From a bacterium (lineage in GTDB: Bacteria > Patescibacteriota > Minisyncoccia > UBA6257 > 02-FULL-45-10c): 64,000 nucleotides of DNA. Below are positions 56,961-64,000 of this stretch, piece after piece. Below the pieces are notes generated by a model, which made no database searches, was not told where the DNA came from, and saw only the letters and a program-made list of their open reading frames with translations. Numbering within the stretch: the first letter of the stretch is position 1; every line of letters begins with the position of its first letter. The DNA lies in assembly GCA_030700025.1 (NCBI GenBank), contig JAUYKI010000010.1:16648-80647 (forward strand), in the 5' to 3' direction. Both the position numbers and the translations under genes were made by a program.

Positions 56961-59324
56961 ATGGCTAAACCAGGAACAACATCCACGCAACAATTCGTTG
57001 AAATTGAGTCTATTGCCAATGATATAGTCAAGTTAAAAAGCGGCGGCCTCCGTAAAATTTTGCTCGTCTCCGGAGTCAATTTTGATCTTAAGTCCGAAGA
57101 AGAACAGGGCCTGATTATTTACGCCTTTCAAGGGTTTTTAAACTCTTTGAGCTTTTCGGTTCAAGTTTTTATCCATTCCCGCAAATTAAACATTGAAGGC
57201 TATCTCCAAAAAATTGCTGAACGGGAAAGCCAAGAATCCAACGACTTATTAAAAAACCAGATAGCCGAGTATCGGGAATTCATCAAGACTTTTGTCAGCC
57301 AGAATGCCATCATGGATAAAACTTTTTTCATAACCGTTCCTTATGATCCTGTCGCTCTGCCTCAGTCCGGCGCCGGCGTTGCCGGAGCGCTAAGCGGGCT
57401 CTTTAAGAAAAAAACTGCGGCTGCCGAACCCGCTCCGGAAGACACCGAACAATTAAAAGCTAATCTAGAACAATTAAACCTCCGGGTAGATGAAGTAACG
57501 AACGGCTTAAATCAAATCGGCTTGCGGACTGTGCCGTTAAATAATGAGGAGTTGTTAGAATTGTTCTATAACATTTATAATCCGGCGTCCGTAGAAAAAC
57601 GAGGCTTGCCCGCCACCGCCGAAGAAGAAATTTCCGCGATTATTTCCCCGCCCGCCCTGGAAATTGATTCCAACTTCTTAAAATTAGGCGATAAGTTCGT
57701 TAAAACTCTTTTTGTTTTTTCCTATCCCCGTTATCTTTCCACCGGCTGGTTCTCCGGAGTAATTAATATGCCGGAACTTTTAGATGTTTCAATTTTCATC
57801 CATCCGGTAGAAACCGCGGCGGCTTTAAAAAATCTCCGGCGCAAAGCCGCCCAGGTGGAGTCCCAGCTGGCAGAACGCCAGCAAAAAGGAATGGTGCGCG
57901 ACCCTATGCTGGATACCGCTTTTCAAGATATTGAGAATTTAAGGGATTCTCTTCAACAAGCCCGGGAACAGCTTTTTAATGTCGGGGTTTATTTGACGCT
58001 CTATGCCAATAGCGCCGAAGAGTTAAAAAAGCTGGAGAGCAAAATAACTAATCTTCTGGAAAGCAGATTGATTTACGTCAAACCGGCGATTTTCCAGCAA
58101 TTGGAAGGCTTTAATTCTAATATTCCGATTAATTCCGACCGCCTGCTAATCCATTCACCGCTTAATTCCGGACCGCTTTCGTCCATCTTCCCATTCACCT
58201 CGGCCAACCTCACTTCAGATAACGGCATTATGTATGGCATTAACCGCCAGAATAACACCCTGGTTATTTTTGACCGGTTTTCTTTAGAAAATGCCAATAT
58301 GGTAATTTTTGCCAAATCCGGAAGCGGAAAAAGCTATTCCACCAAACTGGAAATTCTCCGGCTTCTTATGATGGGAATTGACGTCCTGGTCATTGATCCG
58401 GAAAACGAATACGAAAATCTGGCATCGGCTGTTGGAGGCAGTTTCTTTAAAATTTCACTGGCCTCCGAACACCATGTTAATCCTTTTGACATTCCACAGG
58501 TTCCGGAAGGAGAAGATCCAGCGGATGTCTTGCGGTCCCATATCGTCAATCTTGCCGGCCTTTTTAAGCTAATGCTGGGCCAAATCACTTCCGAAGAAGA
58601 CGCGATTTTGGACCGCGCTATTTCCGAAACTTTCGCTTCCCACGATATCGTGCCTGGAAAAGATTTCTCTACGGCAGTTCCTCCTTTATTGGAAGAGCTT
58701 CAAAAAATTCTGGAAAATATGGACGGGGGCCGGGGATTAGCGGAACGGCTTTATAAATTTACCAGCGGCAGCTATGCCGGATTTACTAATCAACAAACTA
58801 ATATTGATATTAAAAACCGTTTGATTGTTTTTTCTATCCGCGACTTGGAAGATCAGCTCCGCCCGATTGCCATGTATATCGTTCTTAACTTTATCTGGAA
58901 TCTGGTCAGGACCCAATTAAAAAAACGGGTGCTGATTATTGATGAGGCGTGGGTAATTATGAAATACGAGGACGGCGCTAATTTCTTGTTCGGATTAGTA
59001 AAGCGCTGCCGAAAATATTTCCTGGGCGTAACCACCATTACCCAAGACGTGGAAGACTTCCTGAAGTCGCCTTTTGGCCGCCCGATTATCACTAACTCTT
59101 CCATTCAACTTCTGCTGAAACAAGCGCCGGCTATGATTGATACTGTTCAAAAAGCTTTTGCCTTGACCGAAGGCGAAAAAGGACTGCTCTTAGCAGCCAA
59201 TGTCGGCGAAGGATTATTCTTTGCCGGATTAAACCATGTTTCCATCCAAATCATCGCTTCTTATCTGGAAGATAAAATCGTTACTACTAAACCGGAACAA
59301 ATTTTAGCCGGAAAAATAAAATAG
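56961..59324 (+). CDS. VirB4-like ATPase
   Basis: FAKSGSGKS, IDPENEY, IIDEAW, RKY..G.T.ITQDVEDF. Confidence 0.9.
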   Translation: MAKPGTTSTQQFVEIESIANDIVKLKSGGLRKILLVSGVNFDLKSEEEQGLIIYAFQGFLNSLSFSVQVFIHSRKLNIEGYLQKIAERESQESNDLLKNQIAEYREFIKTFVSQNAIMDKTFFITVPYDPVALPQSGAGVAGALSGLFKKKTAAAEPAPEDTEQLKANLEQLNLRVDEVTNGLNQIGLRTVPLNNEELLELFYNIYNPASVEKRGLPATAEEEISAIISPPALEIDSNFLKLGDKFVKTLFVFSYPRYLSTGWFSGVINMPELLDVSIFIHPVETAAALKNLRRKAAQVESQLAERQQKGMVRDPMLDTAFQDIENLRDSLQQAREQLFNVGVYLTLYANSAEELKKLESKITNLLESRLIYVKPAIFQQLEGFNSNIPINSDRLLIHSPLNSGPLSSIFPFTSANLTSDNGIMYGINRQNNTLVIFDRFSLENANMVIFAKSGSGKSYSTKLEILRLLMMGIDVLVIDPENEYENLASAVGGSFFKISLASEHHVNPFDIPQVPEGEDPADVLRSHIVNLAGLFKLMLGQITSEEDAILDRAISETFASHDIVPGKDFSTAVPPLLEELQKILENMDGGRGLAERLYKFTSGSYAGFTNQQTNIDIKNRLIVFSIRDLEDQLRPIAMYIVLNFIWNLVRTQLKKRVLIIDEAWVIMKYEDGANFLFGLVKRCRKYFLGVTTITQDVEDFLKSPFGRPIITNSSIQLLLKQAPAMIDTVQKAFALTEGEKGLLLAANVGEGLFFAGLNHVSIQIIASYLEDKIVTTKPEQILAGKIK

Positions 59325-59333
59325 CCAAATACG

Positions 59334-59732
59334 ATGGAAAATAACGAAAGAAAAATTAGCACCGTGGAAGCAATTTTAGCCGTAATTTTTGTCGCTAGCG
59401 CGGATTTAATGGAGTTTTTAGCCAGCCTACTTGCCATTCCGATTCAGGTTATTCCGGTAGTCGGCCAAGGATTGGGCGCCGCATTAATGCTTTTTGCCTG
59501 GCTCTATGGCTTTACCGTAACCGCCCTAACCCTTACTTGGATTTATTTTAAGGGATTGAGTATGCGCTGGTTTTTGGGCGGCAGCGGCTTGGAGCTGATT
59601 CCAGGCATTAACGCGCTTCCTTTGCGCACCGCGGCTATTTTGGCGGTAATTGCCGAAGACCGGTTGCCACTGCTCAAAAAAGCTTCTGGTTTAGTTAAGC
59701 CAACAGCCAAATCAGCCGTAGCCACAAAATAA
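59334..59732 (+). CDS. Membrane protein of the T4SS-like locus
   Basis: IPVVGQ, ELIPGI..LP motifs, TMs. Confidence 0.65.
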   Translation: MENNERKISTVEAILAVIFVASADLMEFLASLLAIPIQVIPVVGQGLGAALMLFAWLYGFTVTALTLTWIYFKGLSMRWFLGGSGLELIPGINALPLRTAAILAVIAEDRLPLLKKASGLVKPTAKSAVATK

Positions 59733-59740
59733 AATCGGGT

Positions 59741-60493
59741 ATGAAATTACAAATCACAAATTATCCCGATTCTGCGGGAATCGAGGACTCTCGATTGCAA
59801 AGCAATCGGAGCAAATCACAAATCATTTCTCGAGGTGTTTTGTTTTTAATTATTGTTTTGATTTTTGGAAATTGGAGTTTAAGCGAAGCCCAGACCGCTC
59901 CGGAATTTATAATTTCCTGGCGGGCAATGAATTACGTTCCTTCCGGTTATCAGGGAAAAGCCTTGCCTATTAATTCAACGCCGATTGAAATCGGCTTGGA
60001 TATCGTAGAATCCGGGAAAATCGTTAGTTTAACTGCTAATGAAATCCGCTGGTTTTTCAACGGCGATTTATTGCGATCCGGCAACGGGCTAAAAACTATC
60101 CGGCTTAACAGCAAAAGCGCCAGCCAGCAAATCCGAGTCGTAGTCGCGAACTATAAAGGGGTGAATTTGGAAAAAATATTTATTATTCCAGCGCAAACTC
60201 CTAAACTGGTTATTGATACCCGCTTGCCTAATTCCAACGCCGGTTTAGGCAAATACCGTTTAGAGGCTCTGCCATATTTTTTCAACATCTTTTCGCTTCA
60301 AGAATTAAAGTTTGACTGGTCCGCTAATAATCAGCCGGTTAGCGGTGAAACAGGAGATCCGCAAATTTTGGATGTGGATTTCTCTTCTGAAAGCGCGCCG
60401 GCCGAAACTAATATCCGCATTTCTGCCATTGTTTCCAATCGTTTTAATCCGGTAGAATTAAGCAGTGGCGCAGTAGAATTAAATGTCCGATAA
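59741..60493 (+). CDS. Exported beta-rich hypothetical protein
   Basis: W.A..YVP..Y.GKALP, A.PYFF motifs. Confidence 0.65.
   Translation: MKLQITNYPDSAGIEDSRLQSNRSKSQIISRGVLFLIIVLIFGNWSLSEAQTAPEFIISWRAMNYVPSGYQGKALPINSTPIEIGLDIVESGKIVSLTANEIRWFFNGDLLRSGNGLKTIRLNSKSASQQIRVVVANYKGVNLEKIFIIPAQTPKLVIDTRLPNSNAGLGKYRLEALPYFFNIFSLQELKFDWSANNQPVSGETGDPQILDVDFSSESAPAETNIRISAIVSNRFNPVELSSGAVELNVR
59764..59811. mobile_element. 48-bp TCCCGA-family bipartite element inserted in frame
   Basis: TCCCGATT..AATCGAGGACTCTCGATTGC-AAA-GCAATCGGAG, inside CAAAT(C/T)A heptamers. Confidence 0.7.
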
Positions 60494-61219
60494 ATGCCTA
60501 AAAAAACATTTTTAACAATTTTCTTTTTACTAATAGCCGGTTCGGCATTTGCCGTCCAATTGTCCGTTCCGATTCCCTGTCAGAGCACTTCCCTGACTGG
60601 GCAATGCGCCGGCGGATCCGGAACCGATATTTCTGATCCCGCCACCTATGTTGCCAGGATTTACCAATTCGGCCTGTTGGCCGCCGGCGTTACCGCTTTA
60701 GGCGCTTTGGTTTTCGGCGCCACGAAATATATTCTCTCAGCCGGCAATGTCTTTGACCAAGGCGAAGCCAAAAACCAGATACTTAGCGCTATTTATGGCG
60801 TTCTTCTATTATTAGGCGCTTACTTGATTTTAAATACCATTAATCCGGATCTGGTGAGGCTGAAAAATCCTTCTTTAGGAGGAACTTTTAGGGCCCAAGG
60901 CGAATGCGTTACTACCAGTGGCCTTCCGGGGACATTCCAAAATGGCTCTTGCGTCGCTAGCGGGGAACGGACTGCCACTTCTGTTTGCCCGGCCGGACAG
61001 CATTTGGAAGTAAATAATATCGTAGGTAATAGCTGCGTGCCGGATTGCCCGGCCGGACAGCACTTGGTTGGCACTACTTGCCAGCCAATTCAGCCCTCGC
61101 AAGATCAGACCGGCGCGGGCGTTCCCGGCTCTACTGGACAGCCTTTAGGACCGGGGGGAATTCCTTGCCCGGGCGGAACAAATCCAGTGCAAGGCCCAAC
61201 GGGTTTAGAGTGCCGTTAA
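60494..61219 (+). CDS. VirB2/TrbC-like pilin with Cys/Gly-rich tail
   Basis: YILSAGN..AK.QI.SAIYG..LLL.AYLILNTINPDL; CPAGQHL twice. Confidence 0.75.
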   Translation: MPKKTFLTIFFLLIAGSAFAVQLSVPIPCQSTSLTGQCAGGSGTDISDPATYVARIYQFGLLAAGVTALGALVFGATKYILSAGNVFDQGEAKNQILSAIYGVLLLLGAYLILNTINPDLVRLKNPSLGGTFRAQGECVTTSGLPGTFQNGSCVASGERTATSVCPAGQHLEVNNIVGNSCVPDCPAGQHLVGTTCQPIQPSQDQTGAGVPGSTGQPLGPGGIPCPGGTNPVQGPTGLECR

Positions 61220-61245
61220 AGATAATTAAATTAAATGGGGATGGA

Positions 61246-61362
61246 TCCCGTTAGAGGCAACTAAACCTAAAATATTATGCCAATCAAAATTAAAAATATA
61301 AAAAGTCGGAAATATTTAATCGGCCTGCTACGGTCGCCTATGGCGACCTGCCTCTAACGGGA
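61246..61362. mobile_element. MITE-like element, TCCCGTTAGA family, copy 4
   Basis: TIR TCCCGTTAGAGGCA/TGCCTCTAACGGGA; TGGA direct repeat on both flanks. Confidence 0.8.
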
Positions 61363-62447
61363 TGGACTGGAAACGAATTTTAAAAATATTTTTTGGAATT
61401 TTAACGCCCATTGCCGTAATTTGGGGGGGTTATTATATTTGGCAGACCCTGAACGCTCCGCCGGCCATTCCGGAACCTAACAATATTCCGACCCAAACCT
61501 TAGTGGATATTCCGACCACGCCATCTTTTTCTACGGTCATGGAAACCCCGATTTTTGATTATTGGATTAACTCTAAAACCGGAGCGGTTTATTATTTGGA
61601 TTTGTCCGGCCAGGTTTTTAAAGCCGGGGAATCCGACAAACCGGTTAATTCCCAAACCCTGAATAATCTGAACGGCATTCAAATTTCCGCGGACGGCACC
61701 TTGGCGCTGGCAAAATTTAATTATCCCGCGCTGGCGACCTTCAGTATTTTTAATACCGTTACCAATGCCTGGCAGCCGCTTCCGGAAGGAACTTCCGCCG
61801 CCGCCTGGGCCGCCAGCACTTCCCAGCTGGTTTATTTAGACGGCAAAGCCGGCAGTTTAAAAATTCTTAATGTTACCTCGCAAAAAACCCAGGAAGTAAT
61901 TAAATTAAATCAAAAAGACATAAAACTATATTGGGTTAATCCGTCAACGATTCTGGTCCAAATCTCCGCGCCATCCATAGAAATGCCGTCCTCCCTCTGG
62001 AGCTTAGATTTAAAAACCAAGCTGTTAAAGCCCCTATTCAGGGATGAGATCGGACTGGCCCTAAACTGGTCCCTGCTGGGAAATTACGGGCTGAAACTGG
62101 TTAATGTCAGCCGGGTTCCGCGAGTCTCATTGATTAATCAGGCCGGCGGTATTTTAAAAGACTTGTCTTTTGTTACTCTGCCGGAAAAATGCGCCTTTAG
62201 CGAAAGTAAAATTTATTGCGGAGTGCCTAGATTTATCCGCGACGGCATCCAACTACCCGATGATTATTATAAAAAAGCCGTCTATTTCCAAGACGACATT
62301 TATTCCATTGATTTAATATCCGGAGAATCTGCCTTATTGTTAAACGGAGACGAAATTTTAATTGATGCCTATCGCCTTTCTTTAGGCAACGGAAAATTGT
62401 ATTTCCTCAATCGCTACGATAACAAACTCTATAATTTGTCCTTATAA
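61362..62447 (+). CDS. Membrane-anchored beta-propeller-like hypothetical protein
   Basis: N-terminal TM; TLPEKC, YCGVP, LPDDYY motifs. Confidence 0.65.
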   Translation: MDWKRILKIFFGILTPIAVIWGGYYIWQTLNAPPAIPEPNNIPTQTLVDIPTTPSFSTVMETPIFDYWINSKTGAVYYLDLSGQVFKAGESDKPVNSQTLNNLNGIQISADGTLALAKFNYPALATFSIFNTVTNAWQPLPEGTSAAAWAASTSQLVYLDGKAGSLKILNVTSQKTQEVIKLNQKDIKLYWVNPSTILVQISAPSIEMPSSLWSLDLKTKLLKPLFRDEIGLALNWSLLGNYGLKLVNVSRVPRVSLINQAGGILKDLSFVTLPEKCAFSESKIYCGVPRFIRDGIQLPDDYYKKAVYFQDDIYSIDLISGESALLLNGDEILIDAYRLSLGNGKLYFLNRYDNKLYNLSL

Positions 62448-62873
62448 ACCGCTGGGAGAAACTATTACGTGGCGGTCTTTTCCTTCGCCGATGCTTTCGG
62501 TTTTAATATCCGGCCGGGAAGAAAGCTCTACGTGAATCAATCGCCGTTCATAAGCATTCATTGCCGGAAGGTCAATGTTTTGTTTATTTAACATTGCCTT
62601 GCGCGCCGCCGCTTTTGCCAGCTCAACGATCAATCGCTCCCTTTCCCGACGATAATTATTCACGTCTACTATCAAGCTCTCCATTTTCTTCTGCTTGGCG
62701 ATTAAATTTATCAAATGCTCCAAATCCCATATCAATCTTGGAAAGAAATCTTTTAAATCCATTTCGTAAATAAAAATAGAGGCTCTTTTTCCGTCCGGCT
62801 CAATTTCCACGGAAAAATCCTTAAATCCCGCTAAAGTAAAAATTTGTTGGATTGTTTCTTTAAGTTGTTCCAT
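62442..62873 (-). CDS. jag: Jag/EloR-like R3H protein
   Basis: DVNNYR, PAMNAYERRLIH, TESIGEG..R; downstream of yidC. Confidence 0.85.
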   Translation of the reverse strand: MEQLKETIQQIFTLAGFKDFSVEIEPDGKRASIFIYEMDLKDFFPRLIWDLEHLINLIAKQKKMESLIVDVNNYRRERERLIVELAKAAARKAMLNKQNIDLPAMNAYERRLIHVELSSRPDIKTESIGEGKDRHVIVSPSGL

Positions 62874-62878
62874 ACTTA

Positions 62879-62993
62879 TGAAATACTAATATACGAATTC
62901 ATACTAATTATACTTATGAGATACTAATATACGAATTCATGCTAATGATACGAATATTGGTATGTGCCTATTCGTTAAGGCATTCGCATACTA
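62879..62993. repeat. TACTAAT/ATTCGTAT periodic repeat element overlapping the yidC stop
   Basis: Same core as 11010 and 36501. Confidence 0.8.
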
Positions 62994-63638
62994 TATTTTA
63001 ACTGTTTTATTAATGTAAATCTGCTGAATAATGGAGAAAACCGACGTCGCCAGCCAGTAAAGGCCGACAGCCGACGGCAGAGTAGTGAGGATAAATAGGG
63101 TGAAAACCGGGCCAAAATAGACCATATACCGCCCCATTTTCTCCGGCTGGGACAATTCCCTGCCTTTTACGGCAGGCGGCAAAGTCAGCACCCCTTGATA
63201 GTATTGAGCCAAAGCGGCTAAACCAACAATAAATATACTCTTAGTTTTCAGATTTATCAAGCCTAAAAATAAAGTGTTGATTCCCGAAAAATCTCCCGAC
63301 AAAATAACTTGGTAAAGAGCGATTAGAATCGGCAGTTGGATTAAGATTATCAAAAAACTGGAGAGGGGATTAACTTTATATTTTTTATAAAGCCCCATCA
63401 TTTCCTGGGCTTGTTTTTCTTTATTGTCCTTATGGTCATGCTGGATCTTTTGGATTTCCGGCTGGAGTTTTTGCAGAATCAGCTGGTTCTTCGCTCCTTT
63501 ATAAAAAAGCGGGAATAAAACCAGCCTTAATAAAAGAGTGAGTAAAATAATAGCGATGCCTAAATCGTGGAAGGCCCAGTTGTTGTAAAGAAAAATTACG
63601 AAATCGTAAATAGGATTATATAGGTAAGTTTTAAACAT
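62991..63638 (-). CDS. yidC: Membrane protein insertase YidC (short form)
   Basis: GIAIILLT..RL.L.PL, LQPEI, NP, IQLPI, GLYW. Confidence 0.93.
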   Translation of the reverse strand: MFKTYLYNPIYDFVIFLYNNWAFHDLGIAIILLTLLLRLVLFPLFYKGAKNQLILQKLQPEIQKIQHDHKDNKEKQAQEMMGLYKKYKVNPLSSFLIILIQLPILIALYQVILSGDFSGINTLFLGLINLKTKSIFIVGLAALAQYYQGVLTLPPAVKGRELSQPEKMGRYMVYFGPVFTLFILTTLPSAVGLYWLATSVFSIIQQIYINKTVKI

Positions 63639-63695
63639 AATACTATATTAATTTCTAATTCCTAATAGAATATCCAATGATTTTACTCTTAGGAA

Positions 63696-63998
63696 TTAAT
63701 AATTTTTAAATATTGCTTGAATTTCTTTTTTTAACTCTTCCGGGTTCAATGACGCGGCTTGGGGCGAGACAATAATTAAAAAATCTCTTTTATCATTGCT
63801 GCCATTTTTCACAAATTCCTTTAAGGAATTAAAAAGGGTTCTTTTAATTTTATTCCGAACTACCGCTCCTTTGGCTACTTTTTTACTGATTATAACGCCA
63901 ATCCGGTTAAACTCTAATTGATTGGGAAAAAATTTTAATAAAAAATAGCGGCTTCTTGCTGTTTGGCCGCTTTTTTTAACAACCGATTGGATTGGCAA
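63696..63998 (-). CDS. rnpA: Ribonuclease P protein (5' end probably outside the window)
   Basis: RIGVIISKKV..AVVRNKIKR. Confidence 0.88.
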   Translation of the reverse strand: MPIQSVVKKSGQTARSRYFLLKFFPNQLEFNRIGVIISKKVAKGAVVRNKIKRTLFNSLKEFVKNGSNDKRDFLIIVSPQAASLNPEELKKEIQAIFKNY

Positions 63999-64000
63999 AC

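Noticed and set aside
50974-61219. Integrated conjugative element or prophage
   Set aside because: No relaxase, integrase, att sites or phage structural genes; the locus is embedded among housekeeping genes.
1-64000. Genome-wide stop-codon reassignment, rRNA genes, reverse transcriptase or DGR
   Set aside because: Long genes translate intact under code 11, TGA is used as a stop, and no rRNA or RT motifs were recognised.

Overview
64 kb of a bacterial chromosome that looks like Patescibacteria/CPR, probably Parcubacteria-like (inferred from the CPR-type VirB4/VirB6/PrgI/pilin locus, tRNA-Ile(UAU), short rpsA and leaderless core genes). Housekeeping genes: recG, tyrS, two clpP, tig, hppA, nusA, cca, rpsA, ftsH, xer, rpsO, pnp, comM, pcrA, rsmA, jag, yidC, rnpA. 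There are 7 intact tRNAs. Main observations: (1) Two 'Russian-doll' tRNA loci. An outer tRNA-Pro(CGG) and an outer tRNA-Ala(CGC) are each split by a TCCC...GGGA-bounded palindromic insert that carries an intact tRNA of the same anticodon; the Ala insert also encodes a GIY-YIG nuclease. (2) Two translation-signal classes. Core genes lack Shine-Dalgarno sites or are leaderless, whereas about 17 accessory genes have strong GGAGG sites, often with their own sigma70 promoter and terminator. These include an acyl-CoA dehydrogenase, aceA, a second clpP and a translin-like gene, and aceB lies in the same block. (3) Several families of small palindromic or periodic elements sit on start/stop codons, abut -35 boxes, nest in one another and insert in frame into proteins. 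(4) A pair of convergent structured-RNA candidates and a parS-like cluster beside yraN. All calls were made by eye from motifs; no database searches were run.
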